Assembly (NCBI GenBank): GCA_943371005.1
Contig: CALRTB020000008.1
Location: 22,836 to 46,835, forward strand
DNA: 24,000 bases
DNA from: Sphingobacterium thalpophilum
GTDB taxonomy: Bacteria; Cyanobacteriota; Cyanobacteriia; Cyanobacteriales; MRBY01
Direction of reading: 5' to 3'
The position numbers and the translations under genes are program-made. Of the stretch, positions 7,276 to 16,374 are shown piece after piece. Positions within the stretch are counted from its first letter, which is position 1, and each line of letters starts with the position of its first letter. The notes below the pieces were generated by a model. It was not told the origin of the DNA. It did not search any database and saw only the letters and a program-made list of their open reading frames with translations.

Positions 7276-8634
7276 TTAGGTTTCCACGAAATTCAAGAGA
7301 ACAGCGCATTCGACATGGGGGGTTTGGGGAAAGAAGTCGGCGGGCTGTACCCACTGGATTTGGTACTGTTGGCTGGCACAAAGGTGTTTGAGGTCACGGG
7401 CGAGGGTCGCAGGGTTGCAACTGATATAGATAATTTGCTTGGGTTTGCTGTGGAGGAGGGTGTCGAGCACTTGGCGATCGCATCCTTTACGGGGGGGATC
7501 AAGGAGCACGATATCGGCAGTAACATCCAGACTGGGCAGAATTGATTCCACGGTGCCAGCATGGAATTCTACATTATGGATATCGTTGTGGTGGGCATTT
7601 TCCCAGGCTTGCTGGATAGAACTCCCTTGAACTTCAATGCCGATCGCCTGTTTGACTTTCTGTGCCAGGGGCAAAGTGAAGGTTCCCACACCACAGTAGG
7701 CATCGATCAGGATTTCTTCACCGGTGAAGGTAAGCTGTTGAGTGATTGCCTCTAGAAGGGCTTCGGCGGCACTAGTATTGACCTGGAAAAAGGTTTCGGG
7801 CCGCAGCTTGAGGGTTAGCCCCGCAAAAATTTCTTCGAGGTAGGGACGACCGGCGATCGCCTTTGTGGTGTCACCCCAGATGAGATTGCCTTTGTTCGGG
7901 TTTTCGTTGAGGCAGACCCCCACGAGACCGGGATATTCTTCGAGCCAGGTTTCCGCTTGGGTTTCCAAATTCACCAAATCAGCACTGGTTGAGATCAAGG
8001 TGAGCAGCATTTCCCCGGTGCGCTGGCCAATGCGGAGGGCGAGGTGGCGTAATTTGCCCTGGTGTTTAGTTTCGTTGTAGATTGACCAGCCTTGGTTTTG
8101 GATATCAATTTTGATGTTACCCAGGAGGGGATTCAGGCGCGAGTCCTGTACCGGGCACTGGTTCAGGTTAATTAGTTGGTGGCTCCCCTTGCGGTAATAA
8201 CCGGCTTGCACATTGCCCATGCTGCTGGAACGACCAAGGGGATAGGTGGCCTTATTGCGATAACCCAATGGCCCATCACCGCTCAGAATCGGTTGAATGT
8301 CGAGATCCTGAAAACCACCGATGCGCTGGAGGGCCTGTTGAATTTCGTTGGTTTTGACCTGTTGCTGTAGCGAATCTTCTACCTGGAGCCACTGACAGCC
8401 ACCGCATTTGTCGGCAACGATACAGGGGGGACGCCGCCGTTCTGGGGCTGGTTCTAAAACTTTTTGCAGTTGACCGATGGCGTATTGGCGCTTGAGACGT
8501 ACAATCCGCACCTGGAGGCGATCGCCTGGCACTGTATCCGGCACAAACACGACTTGATCCCCGTGGCGACCGACCCCAGCCCCCTGGCTATTAAGGTCAT
8601 GGATGGAGAGTTCAATGAGATCGCCTTGGTGCAT
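7276..8634 (-). CDS. rlmD: 23S rRNA (uracil-C5)-methyltransferase, RumA/RlmD family
   Basis: 452 aa with an N-terminal TRAM-like domain. The 4Fe-4S cysteines are CIVADKCGGCQW plus NQCPV. The SAM motif is IDAYCGVGTFTLPLA and the catalytic Cys motif is YISCNPATLARD. Confidence 0.85.
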   Translation of the reverse strand: MHQGDLIELSIHDLNSQGAGVGRHGDQVVFVPDTVPGDRLQVRIVRLKRQYAIGQLQKVLEPAPERRRPPCIVADKCGGCQWLQVEDSLQQQVKTNEIQQALQRIGGFQDLDIQPILSGDGPLGYRNKATYPLGRSSSMGNVQAGYYRKGSHQLINLNQCPVQDSRLNPLLGNIKIDIQNQGWSIYNETKHQGKLRHLALRIGQRTGEMLLTLISTSADLVNLETQAETWLEEYPGLVGVCLNENPNKGNLIWGDTTKAIAGRPYLEEIFAGLTLKLRPETFFQVNTSAAEALLEAITQQLTFTGEEILIDAYCGVGTFTLPLAQKVKQAIGIEVQGSSIQQAWENAHHNDIHNVEFHAGTVESILPSLDVTADIVLLDPPRKGCDRQVLDTLLHSKPKQIIYISCNPATLARDLKHLCASQQYQIQWVQPADFFPQTPHVECAVLLNFVET

Positions 8635-8704
8635 GGTGATAAATTCGCGTTCAAAGTGCCTTCACACTTTAGCCTTTCTTGCGGTCGATCATGCAGTTTT
8701 TCCC

Positions 8705-9292
8705 TTAGAGTGTTGAAAAATAAGCCTGGGCTTCGCTTGGGTTCGGGACCATGGTGCGATCGCCCACTTGCCAATCAACAGGACAAACTTCATTGTGATT
8801 GGTTTGGACGTGCTGAATTGCTTGGAGCACCCGGAGGGTTTCGTCAATGCTGCGGCCAAAGGAAAAATTATTCACGGTGATGTGTTGAATCATCCCTTCT
8901 GGATCAATGATAAAAAGTCCCCGCAGGGCGATCCCCGCTTCCGATTCCAGGACACCGTAGGCCGTACTAATGGTTTTATTCAAATCAGACACCAGGGGAA
9001 AGGCTAGATCCCCTACGCCGCCCAGTTTGCGGTCTGTTTGAATCCAAGCCAAATGCGCAAATTCACTATCAACGGAAACACCTAAGACTTCCGTATTGAG
9101 CTTTTTGAATTCCCCATGGCGATCGCTAAAGGCCCCCACCTCCGTCGGACAAACAAAGGTGAAATCGAGGGGATAGAAAAACAACACCACATATTGCCCC
9201 TGATAGTCAGACAGCTTAATGGTTTTGAACTCTTGGTCAATGACGGCGGTGGCGGTAAAATCCGGTGCCAATTGTCCCACTTGTGCGGCCAT
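8705..9292 (-). CDS. Typical 2-Cys peroxiredoxin (AhpC/TSA family)
   Basis: Peroxidatic Cys lies in [13 protein letters not shown] and resolving Cys in EVCPVDW. I place the start at the ATG giving [12 protein letters not shown] (9290-9292) rather than the ORF-track start at 9334, because homology begins there. Confidence 0.9.
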   Translation of the reverse strand: MAAQVGQLAPDFTATAVIDQEFKTIKLSDYQGQYVVLFFYPLDFTFVCPTEVGAFSDRHGEFKKLNTEVLGVSVDSEFAHLAWIQTDRKLGGVGDLAFPLVSDLNKTISTAYGVLESEAGIALRGLFIIDPEGMIQHITVNNFSFGRSIDETLRVLQAIQHVQTNHNEVCPVDWQVGDRTMVPNPSEAQAYFSTL

Positions 9293-9368
9293 GGTTGTCG
9301 TGTTCCAACGCAAAATCTTTCCCCAAGGTATCACACCGCTTTAAGCCTCTGGGATAGACAAAGCCGGG

Positions 9369-11849
9369 TCACAAAACGCCCTGGGCCTTGAGGGTTTGCA
9401 CCACTGACCAGGCTTTTAAGAGTTTCCCCTGGAGGAGCGCTGAGACGCCGGCGATCGCCTGAATTTCTGGGATATCTCCTAGTTTGTCTAAAACTGGTGT
9501 AATGGCCAATTCCGCCTGTCTGGGTTCCCACCGGTAAAGATGCACGAAGGCAATGTAAGCATTCACCCAGGGATCGTCCGGGGTCAGTTGCTGCAGTTGA
9601 GTCAGGGTTGCGATGGTGGCCTGGGATTCTTCCTGGAGGGCATGGGCTAGGGTTTTCGCCCAATACCAATCCCGCAGTTGGGGCCGATTCGTTTCGTTGG
9701 CTGGCGTTTGTGTGAGGCGATAGGCGAGACTATCTTCTACCTGCTGTAAATAATCCTGCACCGGATCATATTGATTTAATCGCTCCACGTGGGCAAATAA
9801 TGGCTCTAACCCCGCAATGCCTTCACCAAGTTGGGGCGCAATTTCCCGCAGTTGAGTCAGCCAATCTAAGGCCACCAATTGTGTTGGCGTTAAGGCTTCA
9901 CCGGTGGCCGGCAAAATTTCTACAGTGACCGTCGGTTGCTTTAAGGGGCTAGTGTCCCCGGTGGCCGGATCGAGATACTGGGCATCCAAGGTGTAACGGC
10001 CCGGTGGTAAATCCGCTGGGGGTAAGGTGGCGGTGCGTTCCATAATTGCTAAGCGATCGCCTTTATTCTCTGCATCCTCCCGCAACATCCCGAAGGCAAA
10101 CTGATGATCCTGAATCCAAAACCGTTCTCCATTTGACCAAGTCAGTAAGGCGATTCCCTGGGCGAAATCCTCACGATTCCCCGACCAAGTGTAGGTGATG
10201 GGGAGAGGTTGGCCGGCGATCGCCTCCGGCCCTACATCTATTTTTTGTAATGTTATTGGGCCTGTCCCCTGGGTTGTGTTGACGATAACCAAAGGCTGAC
10301 GACGGTGGTAAAGCTTGAGCTGGTCTTGATCCGGCAGTGGCCAACTCCTCTGGAGCAGAAAATCGGGATCATTACCTAAACTCGCAGCAAGGGCCAACTG
10401 ATCCGCGTTACGGTGGGGATCTTCCCCAGTTTTTATTAAAAACCAGTCAAAGGATTCTTTATCTTGGGCCAACTGTTCTGGGGTACTGCCCAAATTTCTG
10501 CCGTAGACCTGAAAATCTCGCAGGGCGCCATAGTAATTCAGCGTGTGATTATTGGCGATCGCCACCCCAGGGATGACACCCAAGTTGCTTCTTAAATTTG
10601 GAGTTTCTTGAATAATTGCCTGGATAATTTCTGGGTGGGGATAGGTCTGCCGATCCGGATAATTAGGGTTGGGCACCAGTCCAGCAATCACTGGGATAGG
10701 AAATAATTGCATTAGCCAAAAAGCTACAGCTAAAGCGATCGTTCCCCAACGCACCGGTTGCCACTTACCACGCCATTGGGTGAGACCGTACCCCAAGAAA
10801 ACCGCCACAATTGGCAGATAGGGCATGATGTAGCGGGTGTCTTTGTTATAGAAGCCAGAAAAAATGAGATAGGAGGCCCCAAAATAAATGCCGAGCCACA
10901 TCAAACTTTCCTTTTCTGGCAAACCATAAATGGCCTTGCGGGAGGGAAGTTTTTTAGCCAGATGGAGAATCAACCCCACAATAGGTGGCAAAAGGAGAAT
11001 CCAAGAGACCGCACTGGGAAGATCTTTCCAGTAATAGATCCAGGCTGCAAGGGTATTTAATTTGGGATCCCCTTCAGCGGCTGGGGCAATGTCGTTAACA
11101 ACTTCAAAAAGGCTAAAAATATAAATAAAGTTTGTGCTATACCAACCCAGCCAAACGGGTAAAGAAGTTATGCCGCTAACCACAAGTTGCAACAACTTTT
11201 CCCACTGTTTATTTCTGAAGTTGATGGTGATCGCCCAACAGATGGGAATAAAAAGAAAAAATAGACAACTCTGTTTGGTCAGCATGGCTAACCCTAGACA
11301 AAAACCAAAGGCGATCGCCCAACCCCATTGAACACTTCTTTTTTCAGCAAAATACCAATGGGTCAGGCAAGTAAAACTCGCCACCGTCGTCACAACCAAG
11401 GTGTAATCGGTAATGTAATGGAGCCGGAACAGAAAAATTCGAGGCATCAGCAGGGTGATTGCAGCGGCATAACAGCCCACAGTTGGGTTAAACAAGCGTT
11501 TCCCAAGGCTAAAAACGGCCCAAATCAGCACTCCTGTTAACAAGAGATTCATTAACAAAGCCTGATCATTACCCTGTCCAAAAAGCATTTGAAAAGGGAC
11601 CGCAAGGATATAGGGTAACGGGGGATATTTTGTTGAAACCTGCCAAAACTCTTGCCAACCGGGAAAGTGACGGATATTTTCGACAAAATTCAAACTGCCT
11701 GTGAGGTGATTCGATTGATCCCAGGCCGGCACCGTATTATCCAGATTCAACCACAGGCGATCGCCGAGGTTAATCCCCAACCACAGCCCCAATAAAAGTA
11801 ACCCAGTCTTCCACGATGATCTGGGTGATTTTGCGACCTGATCCTGCAA
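9369..11849 (-). CDS. ArnT/PMT-like (GT39/PMT_2-type) membrane glycosyltransferase with a roughly 400-aa soluble C-terminal extension
   Basis: 826 aa. The N-terminal ~400 aa carries many hydrophobic helices with an early loop LDNTVPAWDQSNH, typical of lipid-carrier-dependent glycosyltransferases. The C-terminal half is hydrophilic with a helical-repeat-like tail. The TTG start at 11849 has AGGAG 10 nt upstream. Confidence 0.75.
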   Translation of the reverse strand: MQDQVAKSPRSSWKTGLLLLGLWLGINLGDRLWLNLDNTVPAWDQSNHLTGSLNFVENIRHFPGWQEFWQVSTKYPPLPYILAVPFQMLFGQGNDQALLMNLLLTGVLIWAVFSLGKRLFNPTVGCYAAAITLLMPRIFLFRLHYITDYTLVVTTVASFTCLTHWYFAEKRSVQWGWAIAFGFCLGLAMLTKQSCLFFLFIPICWAITINFRNKQWEKLLQLVVSGITSLPVWLGWYSTNFIYIFSLFEVVNDIAPAAEGDPKLNTLAAWIYYWKDLPSAVSWILLLPPIVGLILHLAKKLPSRKAIYGLPEKESLMWLGIYFGASYLIFSGFYNKDTRYIMPYLPIVAVFLGYGLTQWRGKWQPVRWGTIALAVAFWLMQLFPIPVIAGLVPNPNYPDRQTYPHPEIIQAIIQETPNLRSNLGVIPGVAIANNHTLNYYGALRDFQVYGRNLGSTPEQLAQDKESFDWFLIKTGEDPHRNADQLALAASLGNDPDFLLQRSWPLPDQDQLKLYHRRQPLVIVNTTQGTGPITLQKIDVGPEAIAGQPLPITYTWSGNREDFAQGIALLTWSNGERFWIQDHQFAFGMLREDAENKGDRLAIMERTATLPPADLPPGRYTLDAQYLDPATGDTSPLKQPTVTVEILPATGEALTPTQLVALDWLTQLREIAPQLGEGIAGLEPLFAHVERLNQYDPVQDYLQQVEDSLAYRLTQTPANETNRPQLRDWYWAKTLAHALQEESQATIATLTQLQQLTPDDPWVNAYIAFVHLYRWEPRQAELAITPVLDKLGDIPEIQAIAGVSALLQGKLLKAWSVVQTLKAQGVL

Positions 11850-12030
11850 TGTTGAAACTCTCCTGATGGATTTAGCCTAGCTGCAATGTATCGGAAAAAA
11901 TCCCTAAAGGTAAAGCTTCTCTTTATCCTTGCCATAGACAAAAATAATTTCTCAAATCACCACACCTTGCTTGACCCTTGGGGCACTAGGATAAAATAAT
12001 CCCCAAGCAAATCATCACCACAACAAACCC

Positions 12031-12264
12031 ATGCCCTTTGATATTCCCTTTGAGACCCTCCTTGTTGCCACCCTCTATCTCAGCCTCAGCGTGACCTATC
12101 TGCTCGTTTTACCCGCTGGCCTTTACTTTTATCTCAATAACCGCTGGTATGTCGCTAGTTCCATCGAGCGACTCGTCATGTATTTCTTCGTTTTCTTCCT
12201 GTTCCCTGGGATGCTCCTCCTAAGCCCTTTCCTGAATTTCCGTCCCCGCCGTCGCGAAGTCTAA
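12031..12264 (+). CDS. ndhL: NAD(P)H-quinone oxidoreductase (NDH-1) subunit L
   Basis: 77 aa with two TM helices and the conserved [36 protein letters not shown] block characteristic of cyanobacterial NdhL. Confidence 0.85.
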   Translation: MPFDIPFETLLVATLYLSLSVTYLLVLPAGLYFYLNNRWYVASSIERLVMYFFVFFLFPGMLLLSPFLNFRPRRREV

Positions 12265-12315
12265 GGCTTTGCTGAGTGAATTTTCCCATCCTTGCCAACT
12301 TCTCCCCCTAAAACC

Positions 12316-12636
12316 ATGCGACGCATTGATATCCTGGCCATCAGTTTCGGTATTTTCATCGTGGGTGGACTGCTCTATGGCGGCCTCAAAGTTGCAGGCC
12401 TCGAAAGTTTAGATGCGGGGATCTGGTCTCAAGCGTTGCTGGTGATTGTGGTTTTTGTCTGGGTGGGAACCTATCTGTTTCGGGTAGGGACTCGCAATAT
12501 GACTTTTCATCAACAGCGGCGAGATTATGAAGAAGCAGCCCTACAACGGCGCTTAGATGAGATGAGTCCAGAAGAATTAGCCCAACTCCAGGCAGAACTT
12601 GAGGCCACGGAGGATCAAACTTCACCAAAAAAGTAA
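12316..12636 (+). CDS. Conserved cyanobacterial membrane protein (DUF3007-like; family name from memory)
   Basis: Two TM segments are followed by a charged helix ([29 protein letters not shown]). I prefer the ATG at 12316 (MRRIDIL) over the TTG at 12292 used by the ORF track. Confidence 0.6.
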   Translation: MRRIDILAISFGIFIVGGLLYGGLKVAGLESLDAGIWSQALLVIVVFVWVGTYLFRVGTRNMTFHQQRRDYEEAALQRRLDEMSPEELAQLQAELEATEDQTSPKK

Positions 12637-12651
12637 CGGCAATCTTTACCG

Positions 12652-12695
12652 AAGGGGGAGTTGGGGACGTACAATAACCCCTTGTGTGTTTTTAT
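12652..12695 (+). terminator. Weak terminator/attenuator-like hairpin between the DUF3007-like gene and trpA
   Basis: CCCCTT (12678-12683) can pair with GGGG (12663-12666) or with AAGGGG (12652-12657). It is followed by the U-rich GTGTGTTTTTAT. The stem is short. Confidence 0.3.
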
Positions 12696-12706
12696 CGAAC
12701 AAAATC

Positions 12707-13501
12707 ATGACCTCTGTTGCTGAACGTTTCCGATCCCTCAAGCAGGCGGGCCAATGTGCGCTGATTCCCTTCATTACAGCGGGTGACCCAGATTTGGAAA
12801 CGACGGAGCAGGCCCTCAGAGTTTTAGATGCAGCTGGGGCCGATTTTATTGAGCTCGGCGTCCCCTACTCTGATCCCCTCGCCGATGGGCCAACCATTCA
12901 AGCGGCGGCAACCAGAGCATTAAGTCGGGGCGTTACCCTTGAGCAAGTTTTAGCCATTGTGCAACGAGTCCATGGGCAGTTAACGGCGCCGATTATTTTA
13001 TTTACTTACTACAATCCGATTTTTTATCGGGGTATTGATGCTTTTATGGCCCAGGTGGCAGCGGCAGGAGTCAAGGGTTTGGTGATCCCGGATCTCCCCC
13101 TAGAAGAATCCCAGATGGTACTGGATGCCGCAACGAACCATAGTCTTGATTTGATTTTATTGGTAGCGCCAACCAGTCCAACGGAACGGATCGAGGCGAT
13201 CGCCAAAGCGTCCCAGGGTTTCATTTACCTCGTGAGTGTGACGGGGGTGACAGGGGCAAGAACCTCTGTGGCCAGCCGTGTGGGGGAATTGTTGCCTAAG
13301 TTACGGCAAGTGACAGACAAGCCCATTGGGGTTGGTTTCGGGGTTTCGGATCCGGCCCAGGCGAAACAGCTAAAGGACTGGGGCGCCGATGGCGTGATCA
13401 TCGGTAGTGCGGTGGTAAAACGCCTTGCAACGGGAACGCCCGCCGAAGGTTTAGCGGCAGTAAAAGAATTTTGTGAGTCCCTCAAGGGGGCGATCGCCTA
13501 A
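12707..13501 (+). CDS. trpA: Tryptophan synthase alpha chain
   Basis: Motifs [42 protein letters not shown] and GFGVS are present. The start is set at the ATG at 12707 (MTSVAERF). The upstream ORF-track extension from 12599 overlaps the previous gene and has no homology. Confidence 0.95.
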   Translation: MTSVAERFRSLKQAGQCALIPFITAGDPDLETTEQALRVLDAAGADFIELGVPYSDPLADGPTIQAAATRALSRGVTLEQVLAIVQRVHGQLTAPIILFTYYNPIFYRGIDAFMAQVAAAGVKGLVIPDLPLEESQMVLDAATNHSLDLILLVAPTSPTERIEAIAKASQGFIYLVSVTGVTGARTSVASRVGELLPKLRQVTDKPIGVGFGVSDPAQAKQLKDWGADGVIIGSAVVKRLATGTPAEGLAAVKEFCESLKGAIA

Positions 13502-13524
13502 CGATTGGTAGATGGAAAATTAGG

Positions 13525-16170
13525 TCATTGGGGGTCAGTGACGTCTAAGGCTCCCCGAATGATGACGACTGTGCGGTTTGTCCCCTTGGCGATCGCCTCA
13601 GGAATATTCCCATGGAGTGCCTTTTGGAATAAACTTTCCCGACTTGCCCCCAGAATCACTAGGTCATAGGTTTCTTCTTTGATCAAGCGAATCAAACTGT
13701 CAGCAATGTGGGACGAGCGAATGGGTAGAGGAATAATGGGAATTTCGACCAGGGGATTTAAGGCTCGCTTGGCTTGAATGAGCAGCGGAAAATGTTGGGG
13801 GCGTTGTTGGGGTTGATAGACCTGACAGAGGCAAATTTGGGATGGCAGAGAATAGCGCACCACCTCTGGGGACAGGTGCAACAGTGCCGGGATGAATTCC
13901 TGGGCGCGTTCGGCGTTGGGGCCGCCGGCAATGGGAACGAGGGCACGGATCTTTCCTGGTTGGGGCCTAAACTGGAGGGGATGGGCATGGCTCGTTTTCA
14001 CCAGAATCACATCGCAGGGCACTTTTTTCACGAGATATTCCATCACACTACCGAACAGTTGTCCCCCTGGATGGCGATCGCCTTGCCAACCCAGGATTAA
14101 CCCCTGATCTTTGCTCGAAATTTCTTGGAGGATTGCCCCGGCCACATCGTAGGCGAGGATTACTTGGGTGTGGATCGAAATTCCCAATGTCTCCCCGAGG
14201 CGTTCAAGTTTTTCCATCAAATGCCGTTCTGGATAGGTGTTCATGTGGGCATCGGTGAGGGGATAGGTTGTTGCCACCTGCACCACATTGAGGCAATAGA
14301 CCATGGCATTTTTTTCCTTGGCGATGGCCGCCGCGAAGGTGATGAGGGCCTCGGCAGTATTAGGGTTGGCGATCGCCACCCAGAGTTTGCGCTTGTAATT
14401 GTCACTGGTGTGGGTTTGATAAACACAATAGGACGGCGTTCGCTGTACCGCATGGTGGCTTTTCCCAAGGAGCTCCTGGGCTTCGGCCCGAATAATATCC
14501 GAACGGGTAATAATGCCCTGGAGCTGATCGTTATCGACCACGGGCAGGCGGGAAATTTGGTAGCGATTGAGCAGGTACAACACATCACTGAGGGAGGCCT
14601 GGGGGGATACCGTAATCACCTTGCGCTGCATCACCTGGGCCACCGTTAAATTCTTTCCCTGGGCCGCCATTTGGGCTAGATCCCCCTGGGTGACAATGCC
14701 GACGAGCTTGCCCTGCTTTAAAACCGGAAAACCCCGGTGTGGTGATTCGGACAGGATGGGGACTAAATCTTTTAAATTGAGGTGGCTTTCGAGGGTTTCC
14801 ACCTCCGGTTGCATGACTTGGGCGGCGGTGAGATCCGTTAACACCTGGGGATTTTTTTCCTCCTCTAGGTGAATGCCACTGGCTTCCAGGAGATATTCGT
14901 AGATCGAACCTTTAAAAATGCTTTCGGCCACGATGAGCGCCGTCACTGAAGCCAGCATCAAGGGGAGGACTAAATTAAAATCCGTGGTCAACTCAAAGAC
15001 AATCACAATCGCGGTTACCGGCACCCGCGCTACCCCTGTAAAGAAGGCCCCCATCCCGGCTAAAGCATAGGTATATTGAGTTGCTTCGGGCACAAAGATT
15101 TCCGCACAGGTGCCCACCAAATAACCGAGGGCTGTGCCTAAAACAAGGGTCGGCGCAAACAGCCCCCCCGGCGCCCCGGAGCCATAGGCAATCAGACTTA
15201 GGAAAAAATGGGCGACAAAGGCGATCGCAATTACCTGCCAGCCCGCATCCCCTGTAAGCAAAAAATCCCGTAGCCCGGCATTGTCCCGGAAAAAAGGCGG
15301 CAAAAACGCGACCACAGTACCAGAAATCGCTCCGGCGATCGCCATCCGTACTCCCAAGCTCAAGCGGAGACGACGATTAAACCCCAAAACCGTCAAGATA
15401 CCGCGATTAAATAAGGCCCCTAAAACCCCGGCCAAGCCCCCCAACAGCAAATACCAAGGAATTTCTGCCAGATAAAAATTACTTTGATTCGCCGCATTGA
15501 GCAGCTCTGCGGGCAGATTCAGATCCGAGGTACCAAACCAGCGAGAGACCACCGATCCCGTAAAAGAAGCGACAATCGCCGTTTCTAAAGTCAGCCCTGA
15601 CATATCCCGCATCAGTTCTTCAACCACGAACAGCACCCCGGCAATGGGGGTATTAAATCCCGCCGCTAAACCCGCCGCTGCCCCGGCCGCAATCATTTGA
15701 CGTCGGTGGTTTGGGGTTGTCGGCAGCCATTGACTGAGTTGGGCCGCGAGGGCTGCACCGATATGAACACTAGGGCCGCGTCGTCCGAGGGTTAGTCCGC
15801 CACCCAGAACTAAGATCGTGCCAATGGATTTAGCCAAGGCCACCTTCCAATTCAGCGGCAGGGGAAATTGGGCCAGGACAACCTTGACCTGGGGAACGCC
15901 GCCCCCTTTGGCTTCTGGGGCAAAGGTCTCTAGAAGATAGCCCGCCAACCAACCGCAAACCACCCCAAATAGAGGCAGGATTAACCAGGCGCCATATTGA
16001 CGACTCAGGATGACCCGATATCCCCCCACGAAACCAATGCCTTGTTTGAGGAAAAGGGCCGCCAAGCCGGAGATGACGCCAATGAGACAGGCTTCGATTA
16101 ATAAATAGTTGTTGTTTAAGCTGTGCTGGCCTAAGGATCGAAAAATCCACCAATTACGCACAGAAGCCAT
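13525..16170 (-). CDS. CLC-family anion channel/transporter homologue fused to a CBS pair and two USP domains
   Basis: 881 aa. CLC motifs are APEAKGGGVPQ, GRRGPSVHIG, GLAAGFNTPIAGVLFVVEEL, GSGAPGGLFAP and VFELTTDFNLVLP. A CBS pair follows at about aa 455-575. USP domain 1 carries the ATP motif G-x2-G-x9-G-S (GWQGDRHPGGQLFGS), and USP domain 2 is degenerate. Confidence 0.9.
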   Translation of the reverse strand: MASVRNWWIFRSLGQHSLNNNYLLIEACLIGVISGLAALFLKQGIGFVGGYRVILSRQYGAWLILPLFGVVCGWLAGYLLETFAPEAKGGGVPQVKVVLAQFPLPLNWKVALAKSIGTILVLGGGLTLGRRGPSVHIGAALAAQLSQWLPTTPNHRRQMIAAGAAAGLAAGFNTPIAGVLFVVEELMRDMSGLTLETAIVASFTGSVVSRWFGTSDLNLPAELLNAANQSNFYLAEIPWYLLLGGLAGVLGALFNRGILTVLGFNRRLRLSLGVRMAIAGAISGTVVAFLPPFFRDNAGLRDFLLTGDAGWQVIAIAFVAHFFLSLIAYGSGAPGGLFAPTLVLGTALGYLVGTCAEIFVPEATQYTYALAGMGAFFTGVARVPVTAIVIVFELTTDFNLVLPLMLASVTALIVAESIFKGSIYEYLLEASGIHLEEEKNPQVLTDLTAAQVMQPEVETLESHLNLKDLVPILSESPHRGFPVLKQGKLVGIVTQGDLAQMAAQGKNLTVAQVMQRKVITVSPQASLSDVLYLLNRYQISRLPVVDNDQLQGIITRSDIIRAEAQELLGKSHHAVQRTPSYCVYQTHTSDNYKRKLWVAIANPNTAEALITFAAAIAKEKNAMVYCLNVVQVATTYPLTDAHMNTYPERHLMEKLERLGETLGISIHTQVILAYDVAGAILQEISSKDQGLILGWQGDRHPGGQLFGSVMEYLVKKVPCDVILVKTSHAHPLQFRPQPGKIRALVPIAGGPNAERAQEFIPALLHLSPEVVRYSLPSQICLCQVYQPQQRPQHFPLLIQAKRALNPLVEIPIIPLPIRSSHIADSLIRLIKEETYDLVILGASRESLFQKALHGNIPEAIAKGTNRTVVIIRGALDVTDPQ

Positions 16171-16300
16171 GGCGATCGCCCGTAAGATGCTTCAAAAGAT
16201 TCAGAAACGCTGGTTTCAGCTTTCCTTTAGCAGATTAGCACGATCTTTCCATGGGCCTTTCAGGAAAATTTTTGACAAATTTCATCCCGATCATTGGCAC

Positions 16301-16327
16301 AAAAAAACCCGACCTTAGCAGATCAGG
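16301..16327 (-). terminator. Candidate intrinsic terminator after the VKOR gene
   Basis: On the minus strand, CCUGAUC-UGCUAA-GGUCGGG forms a 7-bp stem that includes 2 G-U pairs. It is followed by U7 and lies about 50 nt past the stop at 16375. Confidence 0.5.
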
Positions 16328-16374
16328 TGATGTATTGCAGTCAGGTGCAAGCTGATTGAGAATCTCCCCACTCC

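Noticed and set aside
8454-8880. A 138-aa plus-strand ORF (8464-8880) and a 106-aa minus-strand ORF (8454-8774) spanning the rlmD/peroxiredoxin junction.
   Set aside because: They overlap the N-terminus of rlmD and the C-terminus of the peroxiredoxin out of frame or antisense. The sequences are Arg/Gly/Cys-rich and resemble no known protein.
9331-9669. A 112-aa minus-strand ORF in an alternative frame over the 3' end of the glycosyltransferase gene.
   Set aside because: It has the Pro/Arg/Gly-rich composition characteristic of an off-frame reading of GC-rich coding DNA. The in-frame 826-aa gene explains the region.
12599-12706. N-terminal extensions proposed by the ORF track for trpA (from 12599), the peroxiredoxin (to 9334), the CHRD gene (from 19218) and the lipoprotein gene (from 20361).
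   Set aside because: The extensions overlap neighbouring genes or lack homology. Internal ATGs coincide with the start of conserved sequence or of signal peptides, and the CHRD ATG has a good SD.
13758-16153. Several 60-175-aa ORFs on both strands inside the CLC-CBS-USP gene (for example 14125-14649 on the plus strand and 15830-16153 on the minus strand).
   Set aside because: They are shadow ORFs of an 881-aa gene with continuous domain homology. None has start-site signals or recognisable motifs.
16109-16318. A 69-aa, very basic plus-strand ORF. Its internal ATG at 16169 is nested in CCATGG with the CLC start codon, and the ORF fills the CLC upstream spacer.
   Set aside because: It has no Shine-Dalgarno sequence, lysine/arginine-rich low-complexity sequence, and ends inside the VKOR terminator. 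The region is more simply the CLC promoter and 5' UTR.
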